Notes: a model not told the origin generated them from the sequence alone. Numbered from the stretch's first letter, positions 30,290 to 40,289 are shown. The stretch is DNA of 64,000 nt from a virus (IMGVR_UViG_2622736592_000004:1-64000); one strand, 5' to 3'. Translations and numbers: made by a program.

Positions 30290-30701
30290 CACCACCGACG
30301 CCAGCGACGTCACCGTCATCCCCGACCGGTGGGACCGTCACCCCACCGTCACCCACCACGACCTGACCGCCGACGGCGTCACCACTGACGCCGTCATCAC
30401 CGGCGGACTGACGCTCCACCGCGCACGCCGTCACATCCGCGCCGCCGTCACCCGTGACGCTGACGCCGCCCTACGCGGCATCCGTCACCTACTCGCCCGA
30501 GACCGTCACACCGTCACCGAGGAGGACTGACGCCATGACCACTGACACCCTGCCCGCCGCCGTCACCGACGCCGCCGCACCCGTCACCCTCGACGGTGCA
30601 CGTGTGCACCGCGACTGGCGTCAGCTCGGCGCGGAAGCCGCCGGCATCACCACCGCCGTCACTGCCGCCGGTGCCCTTTACACCGCCACCTTCCAGGTCA
30701 C
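29601..30701. repeat. GTCAC/GTGAC (core CCGTCACC) repeat field, candidate clt/centromere-like site
   Basis: About 33 copies counted by eye in two blocks (29601-29920, 30273-30701) spanning three genes. Confidence 0.75.
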
Positions 30702-31756
30702 GCCCGTCCTCATGTGGGCCCTCGCCGTCGGCTGTGCCGTCGCTGTCGTTGCCCTCATCGTGCTGCTCACCCTCATGCGGCGGGAGGGTCGACGGTGGAC
30801 CCTCGCAGTCGACGTCGACCCGTCCTGACCAGCGCAAACGCCACGGAGAGAGGAACCAGGAAATGCCGAAGCTGTACGAGTTGCGGGTGTTCAAGGGTCA
30901 GCAGCCCGTCCGCGTCGCCAACCGGCTGCTCGTCACCCTCGACCTCGCCGACCCGGCCAGCGTGAATGACCTGCTCAGGCGGCATCTCCTGGCCATCGCC
31001 GAGCGGGACGGCGCGACCCGCCGCGACGCGCACCTCTACCACGTCAACGTCCACGAGGTCCGCAACGAACGCGCCGAACGCGACGCGTCCTTCCAGTTCA
31101 GCACCCCCGTGGAGGTGTGACATGTCGGTCAAGTCGCTGCGAACCAAGGCCAGCAACCGGGCCGCCACCGCCCAGGCGCGAATCAACTCCACCGCCTCCC
31201 CGTACGAGAAGCTGCGGCACGCCCTGGAGTGGGTGATGTCCGAAGCGAGAGCCGCCGGCAGGGACACCGCACAGGACACCGTCGCGACGATCACGAAGGT
31301 TGCCCGCGAACTCAACGAAAGGAGCCGGCCGTGACCGAGAGTGTTGTGGCACTGCCACATGGCACCGCAGTTGGCGGGTCCGACAGCCCGCGCGCGTCTG
31401 CGCGCGCGAGAGTCAACCGAAGTGTAACCCGCCGTGACCGTGTTCGTCGCGTCGGGGCGGCCCGCCCGGTCGCCGCAGCCCGCCGCATCGGCCGTGTCAT
31501 GTACCGCGACGCCGCCGACTCGTGGATCGTCCGCGACTCCACCCCATCGATTCAGCAGGTGTGGGCCACCGATTACGCGGCCCTCACCACCATTGACTAC
31601 CCGCCGTTCCGCATCTGGTGCCGCTTCTGGCGGTACCCGGCGGTCCTCGCCGCCGCCGGCCTCGACTCGGCGAAGTGGATGCTCATCCACCCCGTACGCG
31701 GCCCCCTGTTCCTCACCGCCACCGGCGTCGGCGTCGCCGCCGCCACCACCCTCTAA
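30282..31756 (+). other. Five small tra-operon genes (30282-30530, 30535-30828 TM, 30863-31120, 31122-31334, 31331-31756 TM)
   Basis: Tightly coupled ORFs with RBSs. Confidence 0.65.
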
Positions 31757-31777
31757 ACCCCCACGGAGGTACCCGCC

Positions 31778-32179
31778 ATGTTCGAGTTCGGAGCCCGCAC
31801 CGGAGCCCTGTTCATCGCCGCCGCACTCCTGTTCGCGGCCCTGCGCTTCCACAAGTCGTCCAGCCCGAAGGGCAAGAAGGCCGGCACGGTCCTCGCCGGT
31901 GTCGCCGGCATCGCGTTCCTGATGACGTTCGTCGGCGAGTGGATGGGCGACGTTGCCCAGCTCGGCGGTGCCCTCGGCGTCGCCCTGCTGATCGTCGCCG
32001 TCTCCACCATCCTTGTGGACTGGGGCCTCGACAAGAGGCCGGACAAGCCGGCGTTCTGGGCCATGTTCGCCCTGCCCGCACTGCTGGTGTTCGGGGTCAC
32101 CCAGATCCCGGCCGTCGGCGACCAGCTGGGTGACGGCGGGCAGCAGGTCGCCGAGCAGATGAGCAAGGTCGGGAAGTAG
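31778..32179 (+). CDS. Four-TM membrane protein (Spd-like)
   Basis: GGAGG RBS; four hydrophobic helices. Confidence 0.75.
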   Translation: MFEFGARTGALFIAAALLFAALRFHKSSSPKGKKAGTVLAGVAGIAFLMTFVGEWMGDVAQLGGALGVALLIVAVSTILVDWGLDKRPDKPAFWAMFALPALLVFGVTQIPAVGDQLGDGGQQVAEQMSKVGK

Positions 32180-32183
32180 CCCG

Positions 32184-33584
32184 ATGATCGAAATGATTCT
32201 CGGTGCGATGGTCGTCGCCCTGTGGGTGAAGGCCGTTCCCGCCGCCGTCGCCGACGCGATCGCCACCCTCCGCGCGTCGAAGGCCGGCGAGTGGGGGCTG
32301 ATCGACAAGGAGCGCGACCGGAAGGCCGCCCGTTCTAAGGCCCGCCGCGACGCCATCGCCTCCATCCGCTCGAAGCGTCACAAGCAGGCCGGCGGCGACG
32401 GCAAGGAGTACCGTCCCGGCGCGCTGGCGTACCTCTCCGACGTGTACCACGGCCTGTGGGAAGACGAGTTGGAGAAGCGCCGTGCAAAGCGGGCCGCGCG
32501 TCCGCCCGTCGGCCCGGACGGGAAGCGTCCGCCGGTGAGCCGCGTCGACCAGGCGGTGGAGGCGAAGGTCCGCCAGCAGCGCGCGAAGACCGGCTACCTG
32601 GGACGGGCCGCCCGCGCTCTCATCGACCCGGTAGGGGAGAGCCCGCAGCACGCTGACGTGCCCACCACCCAAATCTGCCCCGTATGCCTGCATGTAATGA
32701 CCGTCGGCGAGGAATGCGAGACGTGCGCGTTCAACCGCCAGCTCGACCAGACGACGCGGCAGACCCTCGCCGAGCACGACCAGCGGAGGGCGGCCACCAC
32801 CGCAGAGGACGGCCCCCGCATCGCCTGCCCCACCTGCGGCGACAACCTCATCCAGGGCCGCGACGGCTGGTACCACCGCTCCGACTCGCTCTGCAAGGAC
32901 GTACGGCCGGGCGGCGGGCCGGACTACCCGAGCCGGGAGGTCACCGCCCCCCTCGACGGGGGACGGCAGCCGGGCAGCACCCGCGAGGCGTCGCGGGACC
33001 ACGACCTTGACGACGATGACGACATCAGCCTCACCGGCGACAAGGTGATCGCCGGCCTCGCCGGGCCCGGCGGCCTCTTCGAAGGTGTCGCCGAGTGCGG
33101 CGGGTGCGGCTTCCAATTCGAGCAGGTCGGCGACGAGCTGCGCTGCGCATGCAGCACCCAGCCCACCATCAAGACCCCAGCCCACATCCACAACACCGGC
33201 ACGACCGACAACGGAGGAACCGACATGAACACTGCCACCGGCGACGTCCACGACGTGGAGTCCTGCAAGACCGAACTCACGGCCCTCGGCGACGACCTCA
33301 CCCGCGTCGACACTGCCCTCGACGTCATCGACGAGGCCATCCGGTCGGCGAAGGCCGCCAGCGAGGCCATCGAGGCGTGGCTGCGGGACAAGAACGCCGA
33401 CGCCTGCGTGCCCGGCATGAGCGCCGCCCTGGACGCCCTGTCCACCGACCGCATCAAGGAACTCATGGACGCCGTCGCCGCCGCCCGTCGGGGAGTCGCC
33501 GACACCATCGACAACCTCGCCCCGCTGGAGGAGGCGGCCGAGCTGATCGGTGGCACCGACGGTTCCGCGCTCAACGGCCGCTGA
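32184..33584 (+). CDS. TraA-like protein (N-terminal TM, Zn ribbons, C-terminal helical bundle)
   Basis: Directly upstream of the FtsK-like ATPase; CPVC, CETC, CPTC and CGGC motifs; internal GGAGG RBS before ATG 33225. Confidence 0.6.
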   Translation: MIEMILGAMVVALWVKAVPAAVADAIATLRASKAGEWGLIDKERDRKAARSKARRDAIASIRSKRHKQAGGDGKEYRPGALAYLSDVYHGLWEDELEKRRAKRAARPPVGPDGKRPPVSRVDQAVEAKVRQQRAKTGYLGRAARALIDPVGESPQHADVPTTQICPVCLHVMTVGEECETCAFNRQLDQTTRQTLAEHDQRRAATTAEDGPRIACPTCGDNLIQGRDGWYHRSDSLCKDVRPGGGPDYPSREVTAPLDGGRQPGSTREASRDHDLDDDDDISLTGDKVIAGLAGPGGLFEGVAECGGCGFQFEQVGDELRCACSTQPTIKTPAHIHNTGTTDNGGTDMNTATGDVHDVESCKTELTALGDDLTRVDTALDVIDEAIRSAKAASEAIEAWLRDKNADACVPGMSAALDALSTDRIKELMDAVAAARRGVADTIDNLAPLEEAAELIGGTDGSALNGR

Positions 33585-33687
33585 CGTCGGATCGTTGCCG
33601 TCATCCCCAGGCCCCACACAGGTGGGCCGCCTGGGGGTGGCGGGATCAACCCGACACCCACCCCCCATACCAGCTTGGAGCCGCCCC

Positions 33688-36099
33688 ATGCACACCACCG
33701 AGCATCGCCCGGCGAGCCTGCCGAACCGGGCGGACCCGTCCGGTGACGCTCGGCCCACCCCCGGAGACGACCCTGCCGCCACACGCCGGCAACTCCCACC
33801 CGGTGCGTCCCACTGGTCCCGCACCTACTACGACGACCAAGGCATGCAACAGGTCGCCAAGGTGTCGGTGCCTGTCACCGGACAAGGCCGCATCGCCGCC
33901 AACGAGTGGGAGTGCCCCACCTGCGGCCCTCAGTCCCGCAGGTGGATGAGCGCAACCCTGGCGACCGCCCCGTTCTGCGACCTCCACGACATGGAGATGC
34001 GCAAGCTCAAGCCCGGACGGAACCCGTCAGTAGGGGTGACACCCCCGTGGAAGGACATCGTCCGGGCCGTCGACCACCGCATCCGCGTTGGCGCGGCCAT
34101 CGCCGCCGCAGGCACCGCCGGACTCACTGTGGACGTGGTTGACATGCCGTGGTGGGGGCACGCCGCCCAGATCGCCGCGATCCCCGCCGCGATCAGCGGT
34201 TCGTGGTGGCTGACCCGAGTCTGGCTGATCCGCGAGGCGGTACGCCTCAACAACCTTGACCCCGACGACGAGGTTGCCGGCCGACGGGAACGGCGGAACA
34301 TCGCCAAGAGGGCACGGATCGCCGCCTACTGTGCCGCCGCCGGCATGAGCTGGATTGAGATCGCCGACCTGCTCAACATCGCCTCACACCCGGCCCGTGG
34401 CGTGTCCCTGATCGCTGGTCTCATCGCCGCCGGTGTGATCGCCTCACGCCCCTACCTCAACTGGGTGGACAGGCGTCGCCGGGCCAAGCCGACCCCCGCC
34501 GTCGCTGCGGCGACAGCGATGCCTGACGAGCCGCCGGCTGAGACTCCCACCGACGACGAGCAGCTCGCCGCCTACGTCACCGGACGGTGGAACGAACGCA
34601 TCTCCGCAGAGCGAGGCCCCCTGCCCGGCACCTACCTGGAGGCCATCCGCCGCACCTACGGCGGCTGGTCCGCTGTGGTCGTCGCCACCGACGAGTCCGA
34701 CCTGGACCCGGAACGCTTCGAAACAGACAAGACCATCGGCAAGATTGCCCGCGCCTACGGGGTGGGCGTGACCATGGTGACGGTCACCGCCGACCCGCTC
34801 GACGCGAACCGGGCAATGATCCTCGTGCAACGCACCTCACCCCTGTCCGAGGCCCGAGCGTGGGACGGCACCGGCATCGACCTGACCACCGGAAAGGCGT
34901 ACACCGCCTCCGTGGACGACGGCGACCGGGCGCAACACCCGTTCTGGCGTCCCGGCTGGGGTGCCGTCATGGAACTACTCGCCGGAGCAACCGGATCCGG
35001 CAAATCCGAGTACCTGAACCTGCTGCTCGCGTTGGAGCGGCAGTCAGGGGTGTGCGTGTCGTGGGTGTGCGACCCGCAGATGGGCCAGTCGCTGGGTGAC
35101 ATCCGCGACGGCGTCGACTGGTTCGCGCCCACCGTCGAAGAGTTCCTCATCATGCTGCGGGTGGCAGTGCAGGTGATGCTCGCCCGCAACGTGCTGATCA
35201 CCCGCATGAGGGTGAAGGAGACCCGCCCCAGCGGTGAAGTGGTGGAACGCCGCGTCAAGTACGTGGAGGTTTCCGCCGACTTCCCGCTGCTCGACATCAC
35301 CTGCGATGAGGCGCACATCCCCATGAACGACCCCGACCACGGCAAGGAGATCGTCGCCCTGCTGGCGTTGCTGGCCAAGTCGGGCCGCAAGTGCAACATC
35401 AAGGTGCGTCTGATCACCCAGTCGCCACTGCTGACCGAGCTGAAAAACTCGGTGCTGCGTTCCCAACTGTCGTCCGGTTTCGTGGCCGTGTTCCGAACCG
35501 CCGACAAGCTGACCGGTGCCGCCTGCTGGCCCGGAAAGATGCCCGGCGACCCTGCCCTACTCCCCGCCGAATGGCCGAACGGCAACACCGCCGCCGGAGT
35601 GTGCTACATGTCCGGGCAGAAGCCGCTGAGGCACCGCTCCGACTATGTGGGCGACGTGTACGACCTGATGCACTCCGGGGAGACGAAAGGCTTGGAGCCG
35701 GCTGTCCTCGGCGCGGCCGGTGTGCTGTACGCCGACCGGCACAAGCGGCTCGCCGCGTTCGACGCCATGGACCCCGCCGAGCTACTCGGCACGCAGATCC
35801 CCACCCTCGACCGGCCGGCAGGACAGGGTGACCCGGCGGGAGGGAAAGGCGGCGGCCGGGAGGCGGTGCTGGAGTTCTTCGCCGACCGGTGGAACAGCGG
35901 CGACGTCGACCCAATCAAGTTCGGGGTCATCGACGAGAACGTGAAGGCCGTCAAGACCCGGGCGTTGACGAACGTTCTCAACAAGCTGGTGCAGGAGCAG
36001 GTATTGGCGAACGAGACGGGACCGGACGGCAAGAGCGGCTGGTACCGGCTCACGGAGTCGGGTGCCGAGCACCTGGGCGTCGATGAGGTTGGCCTGTGA
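33688..36099 (+). CDS. traB: TraB-like FtsK/SpoIIIE DNA translocase
   Basis: N-terminal TMs; Walker A AGATGSGKS; Walker B LDITCDEAH; GRK..TQ motif; C-terminal wHTH. Confidence 0.85.
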   Translation: MHTTEHRPASLPNRADPSGDARPTPGDDPAATRRQLPPGASHWSRTYYDDQGMQQVAKVSVPVTGQGRIAANEWECPTCGPQSRRWMSATLATAPFCDLHDMEMRKLKPGRNPSVGVTPPWKDIVRAVDHRIRVGAAIAAAGTAGLTVDVVDMPWWGHAAQIAAIPAAISGSWWLTRVWLIREAVRLNNLDPDDEVAGRRERRNIAKRARIAAYCAAAGMSWIEIADLLNIASHPARGVSLIAGLIAAGVIASRPYLNWVDRRRRAKPTPAVAAATAMPDEPPAETPTDDEQLAAYVTGRWNERISAERGPLPGTYLEAIRRTYGGWSAVVVATDESDLDPERFETDKTIGKIARAYGVGVTMVTVTADPLDANRAMILVQRTSPLSEARAWDGTGIDLTTGKAYTASVDDGDRAQHPFWRPGWGAVMELLAGATGSGKSEYLNLLLALERQSGVCVSWVCDPQMGQSLGDIRDGVDWFAPTVEEFLIMLRVAVQVMLARNVLITRMRVKETRPSGEVVERRVKYVEVSADFPLLDITCDEAHIPMNDPDHGKEIVALLALLAKSGRKCNIKVRLITQSPLLTELKNSVLRSQLSSGFVAVFRTADKLTGAACWPGKMPGDPALLPAEWPNGNTAAGVCYMSGQKPLRHRSDYVGDVYDLMHSGETKGLEPAVLGAAGVLYADRHKRLAAFDAMDPAELLGTQIPTLDRPAGQGDPAGGKGGGREAVLEFFADRWNSGDVDPIKFGVIDENVKAVKTRALTNVLNKLVQEQVLANETGPDGKSGWYRLTESGAEHLGVDEVGL

Positions 36100-36830
36100 C
36101 CGTACGCCCGACCACGTCCGCACCCCGGCGGCAGGCACGACCAGACGTGCGCCGCCGGGGCGCGGTGTACGGCATCCCCACCCTCGCCGTGGACGCCCTC
36201 GGCAAACCCATCCCCGGCACCGTCGTCGTCGGCTACATCGGCCAAACCCGGCAGACCGTCAAACAACGCGAAGGCCAACACCGCGTGTCACAGCCGTTCG
36301 GTGACCTCATCGTCGGCGGCTCGTGGGTCATCGAGGAAGGGTTCTGGACGGACGCCGAACTGGACGCGAAAGAGCAGCACTACATCCGTGGCGGGGCGGT
36401 GCTGGTGCCCGGCCAAGCACCGCAGCGGCCCGTCTACAACATCGACCACAATCGGGAAAACCCGAATCGGATCCCGCCGTGGGATGCGCTGGCGCACCGG
36501 CAGGCACGAGAGCCGGGCTGGCAGCCGCCGCCGAAGGGCGCACGGATCCCCACCCAGCGGGGTGCGGCGTCCACGGTCCGGCCGCGCCCGGTGTCGCCGC
36601 TGTCCCGCTGGTGGGGTCGCCGCCGCTGGCAGGTGGTGTTGTGGGCAGCCGTGTGGGCGCTGCTGTTCGCGGGCTCGTGGTGGGTTGGTGCTGACACGTG
36701 GTCCGGGTGGGCGGAGCCCCGCAACGCGGCAGTCGCCGCCACCGTGGCCACCGCCGGCATCGGGTGGCGAGGTTGGAAGACGTCCGGGCCGAAGCGCCGC
36801 CGGTCGAAGCGTCGGGGGCGACGCCGGTGA
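36096..36830 (+). CDS. GIY-YIG-like domain with C-terminal membrane anchor
   Basis: AVYGI...GYIGQTR..QRE.QH...E..YI...PVYN; two TM segments and a basic tail. Confidence 0.7.
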   Translation: MTVRPTTSAPRRQARPDVRRRGAVYGIPTLAVDALGKPIPGTVVVGYIGQTRQTVKQREGQHRVSQPFGDLIVGGSWVIEEGFWTDAELDAKEQHYIRGGAVLVPGQAPQRPVYNIDHNRENPNRIPPWDALAHRQAREPGWQPPPKGARIPTQRGAASTVRPRPVSPLSRWWGRRRWQVVLWAAVWALLFAGSWWVGADTWSGWAEPRNAAVAATVATAGIGWRGWKTSGPKRRRSKRRGRRR

Positions 36831-37072
36831 AATGGTGCTGGGAGGCATACGACCGGGCCGGGGTCCGCCGCATCGCAGACACCCTCACCGACCCGTGGGC
36901 CGACACACCGGAAGGGGCCGCCGAACTAGGCATGGCACACCTGATGGTGAAGGTCCGGCCCAAGTTTCGGCGGCTACGCGGGTGGCGTGTGCGGGCATGG
37001 GATGACCTGGTGGGGGAGGCGTGGGTGGACGCCGACGAGTGGCTGCACGCCCGCGCCGCAGCAGACCGGTAG
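36827..37072 (+). CDS. Hypothetical protein, last gene of the tra operon
   Basis: GTGA overlap; followed by a terminator. Confidence 0.6.
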   Translation: MKWCWEAYDRAGVRRIADTLTDPWADTPEGAAELGMAHLMVKVRPKFRRLRGWRVRAWDDLVGEAWVDADEWLHARAAADR

Positions 37073-37080
37073 ACGCAACG

Positions 37081-37120
37081 AAGCGGCCCCGCCCTCCACG
37101 ATGGGGGAGCGGGGCCGCTT
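37081..37120. terminator. Hairpin terminator
   Basis: AAGCGGCCCCGC...GCGGGGCCGCTT between convergent genes. Confidence 0.8.
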
Positions 37121-37131
37121 CGCGTTCAGGG

Positions 37132-37812
37132 TTACCGCTGCGCGTCGGCTGCCCGACGCTCCTCACGCTCCGCCCGGTTGCGGGCGCGCGTCGAGTGGAA
37201 ACCGATCCACATTTCCCACTGCTCGTTGGCCGTCAACTGCGGGGACGTCCGGTCGGACACCCATCCGCTGATGCGGGCCGCCGCCTCATCGAGGGCCGCC
37301 GCACGGCTGTTGGCCACGTTGGGCCGCTTCATCCGGATGGTCTTCAACCATCGGTGTGCGGTGTCTTCGAGGGTGGGGATCATCGACACGGTGAGCGCCG
37401 CTTTGGCTTGCAGGTCGTAGAGGCGCAGGATCGCCTTCTCTCGCGCGGGCTCGTCGGGGATGGCTCGGGCGATGTCGTCGATGGCTGCGAGGTACTGGCC
37501 GTAGGCGTAGGCGGGGGTGTCGCGCACTAGGCGGTCTTCTCGCGCGCCGGGCGCTCCAACCTTGCCTAGCAGCTCGTCGACGGCCTGCCGGCTGACACCG
37601 ACGGCTTCGGCGGCGGCCTGGGTGGTGCCGTGTTGGTCGCGGAGTTGGCGGAGGCTGACGGCGGCGACGTCGCGGAGCCGGCCGTCTTGGAGTGCCTGGA
37701 TGGTGCGGTAGCGGCGGACGGGGTCTGGGTCGCAGAGGAGCGTGCCGATGACGTGGTCGGTTCGTTCTTCGGTGGTGGCGTCGGGGCGGTAGGGGTCGAG
37801 GTTGTCGTCCAT
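37132..37812 (-). CDS. HTH-containing protein
   Basis: TTQAAAEAVGVSRQAVDELL; AAGGAG RBS. Confidence 0.7.
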   Translation of the reverse strand: MDDNLDPYRPDATTEERTDHVIGTLLCDPDPVRRYRTIQALQDGRLRDVAAVSLRQLRDQHGTTQAAAEAVGVSRQAVDELLGKVGAPGAREDRLVRDTPAYAYGQYLAAIDDIARAIPDEPAREKAILRLYDLQAKAALTVSMIPTLEDTAHRWLKTIRMKRPNVANSRAAALDEAAARISGWVSDRTSPQLTANEQWEMWIGFHSTRARNRAEREERRAADAQR

Positions 37813-37873
37813 GGCGCTCCTTGGTTTGGCGGGTGGTGCTTGTCGTTTACAGCATGCACGCATCACCGCACTT

Positions 37874-37925
37874 TGACAAGCAGCGCTTGACATTGGGTGG
37901 AGGTAATGACAAGCTCTACTTGTCA
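37874..37925. promoter_or_regulatory. Two 19-bp palindromic operators in a divergent promoter
   Basis: TGACAAG-N5-CTTG(A/T)CA at 37874-37892 and 37907-37925. Confidence 0.7.
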
Positions 37926-37945
37926 CCGAGAGAGGGGAAGCCGAG

Positions 37946-38377
37946 ATGACCACCATGACCACCGCCCAGGCGGCCACCAAACTCGGCATCTCCATCCGCA
38001 CCGCCCAGCGCCGCTGCGCCACGGGCAAACTCTCCGCCCACAAAGACGCCCGGGGCCGCTGGACCATCACCATGGAGGACGCCATGACCCTGCCCCAGCT
38101 CACCGGCCCCGCCGACTACCTGATCAGGGCGGCCGAGCGCGACCGCGCCGCCGCGCTCGACCGGATCACCGCAGAGGTCACCGAGGCCGCAGGCGATGCC
38201 CCCGCCAATCTCGTCACCGAGGTGGCCGCCCTCTACCGCGAGGTGGCGCTGCGCCACACCGACGCCGGTTGGTGGAGCTCCACCGAGGGCCGGCACCTCG
38301 GCCGGCTCTTGCAGTGGGAGTTCACCGCCGACGACAAGGCCCGCCTCATCGCCCTCGCCGCCCGCCGCGCAGCCTAG
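37946..38377 (+). CDS. Excisionase/MerR-like HTH protein
   Basis: MTTAQAATKLGISIRTAQRRCATGKLSAHK..GRWTI. Confidence 0.75.
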   Translation: MTTMTTAQAATKLGISIRTAQRRCATGKLSAHKDARGRWTITMEDAMTLPQLTGPADYLIRAAERDRAAALDRITAEVTEAAGDAPANLVTEVAALYREVALRHTDAGWWSSTEGRHLGRLLQWEFTADDKARLIALAARRAA

Positions 38378-38391
38378 ACCCGAACGCACAA

Positions 38392-38424
38392 AGCGGCCCC
38401 AACCTCACCAAGGTTGGGGCCGCT
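38392..38424. terminator. Hairpin terminator
   Basis: AGCGGCCCCAACCT...AGGTTGGGGCCGCT. Confidence 0.8.
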
Positions 38425-38434
38425 CCTGTGCTGT

Positions 38435-39634
38435 TCAGCCTGCCCGCGCCGCCAACTCCCGCACCATGCCGCGCCCGCGCTCCACGGCCGGCACCGCCTC
38501 CACCACCCGGGCCGTCGTAAACCGCACCAGCTCGTTGTGGTGGGCCACCGGCAAGGCATCGAGCACGTCACCGGCGTACCGGATGCCCCCCGACACATCC
38601 CCACCCCGCACCATCCCGGCAGCCCGATGCAGCTGCACCTGCGCCCGCAGTCGTGGCTGATGCGCCGGATACAAGGCGAGCGCCCGATCCTGCGCCACAC
38701 CCGCCTCCCGCAGCCGCCCCGCGTGCGTGAACACCCACGAACGGGTGTGTTGGGTGCGGGTCTCCGACCACCCCCACAGCGACCCGCCGTCCGCAGTGTC
38801 CGAAGGCAGCCGCCCGGCCATGTCCGTCAACGTGTTGACCACGGCCACCGCCTCCCCATGCCGTCCCGCCAGCGACAGAGCTTGCGCGCGCCCGGCCAGC
38901 AGTTGGCATCCGGCCGCCGACGGGCGCTCCACCGGCGGCAGCGCATCCACAGACGCGGGCAACGCGGCGACCGTCCGACCGTCGTAGCAGCCGTTCACCG
39001 CATCCCAGGCGTCCACCCACAGCTTCGCCGCCGCATCCCCCGACAGGTCGGCCATGCGCCGCGCCGACGCCCACCAGCGGCGTGCCGCCACCTGCTCACC
39101 CGCCGACACCATCTCCAACGCCACCAACGTCGACAGCAACCCGGCCACACCAAGCAGCCGCTGCCGGTGCTGCCCGTCCGTGGCCGCGATCTGATGCCCG
39201 AGGACGTCCAGGTCCGCGCGCAACGCGGCCATCAGCCTGTCGGCTGGCAGCCTGTAGTAGTCCACGCCGTAGCCGGCGACGATCGCCGACCACTCGTCGA
39301 AGTCCGTGGCCGCGCCCAAGCCGTGGCGCAGCGCCTCCCACCCTGTCAACCGGTCCACCGCCGGTGCGGCTGCCAGCGCACCCATCGCCTGCAAAACTCT
39401 GCGTCTGCGCATGTCTGTGTCGCCTGCCCGTCTGCTCGCGTACGCGTCGGTTAGCGCCCCGCCCGCCTCAAGCGCATTGTCGTATGCGGCAACCATCTCC
39501 GTCGATAGACGGCGGGTGCCCCGCTCGACCTGGCTCAGGTAGCCGTAGTCGTAGCCGGTCCGCTCACCCAACTTCCGCAGCGACAACCCCGCAGCCTTTC
39601 GCCGCCGCCTCAGTATGTGTCCGAAATCGTCCAT
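38435..39634 (-). CDS. XRE-family HTH regulator with helical-repeat C-terminus
   Basis: FGHILRRRRKAAGLSLRKLGERTGYDYGYLSQVERG. Confidence 0.85.
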   Translation of the reverse strand: MDDFGHILRRRRKAAGLSLRKLGERTGYDYGYLSQVERGTRRLSTEMVAAYDNALEAGGALTDAYASRRAGDTDMRRRRVLQAMGALAAAPAVDRLTGWEALRHGLGAATDFDEWSAIVAGYGVDYYRLPADRLMAALRADLDVLGHQIAATDGQHRQRLLGVAGLLSTLVALEMVSAGEQVAARRWWASARRMADLSGDAAAKLWVDAWDAVNGCYDGRTVAALPASVDALPPVERPSAAGCQLLAGRAQALSLAGRHGEAVAVVNTLTDMAGRLPSDTADGGSLWGWSETRTQHTRSWVFTHAGRLREAGVAQDRALALYPAHQPRLRAQVQLHRAAGMVRGGDVSGGIRYAGDVLDALPVAHHNELVRFTTARVVEAVPAVERGRGMVRELAARAG

Positions 39635-40251
39635 GCTGTCCCCCCAGCTTGTGGGCAGTTTTGTGTGCACACTGCTCACCCCTGCCACACACCGATCCTA
39701 TCGATCAGGCTGGACGTGTCGGGACAAGCCCCGGCGCGTAGAGGCGAGGCGAACCGCAGGCCAGAGGCCGTTGTTTGCCGCTGCCGACGCATGGTGTGGT
39801 GGCCGACGGGACCCCCAGCCCCCCGGCCACCACACCCAAAACTGTCGGGGGTGACCGGTGGGATACGGACAGTCAAGCAACAGTCCCCGCGACCGTTTCG
39901 AGGACCCGCCGATGCCCGAGCCAGTCGACCCCGCCGAGGGTGAGCACCTGGACGACGCCCACCCGTTCGCCGCCGGCTCATCCGGACGCCAGCCCCGCAA
40001 CCGCAGCAACCGGTGGCGGCAGCGGTGAGCGCCAGTCAGCCCGACCCGGCAGTCATCGCCGGATGGTGGGAGACGTACCGAGCGCACACCCTGGCCGACG
40101 GGCGCTGCCCCGTATGCGACGTGCCCCACCGATGCTGGAGGTGGGCCGGGGCCCGCGCCGACCTGATCACCCACGGGCTGCTCGCGCAGGATGGTGGTCC
40201 CGCCGAGACGGGCGATGGGGGAGACTCCCGCACCTGACCTCGGGCACACGA

Positions 40252-40289
40252 AAGCGCCCCCGCCATGGCCTCGGCCTGCGGGGGCGCTT
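40252..40289. terminator. Hairpin terminator
   Basis: AAGCGCCCCCGC...GCGGGGGCGCTT. Confidence 0.75.

Noticed and set aside
29601-30701. GTCAC field as a CRISPR array or tandem VNTR
   Set aside because: Units are only 5-8 bp, irregularly spaced and in both orientations; no repeat-spacer period and no cas genes
37946-38377. Excisionase marking an AICE boundary
   Set aside because: The HTH is excisionase-like, but no integrase or att-like repeat is adjacent; it sits in its own terminator-bounded cassette
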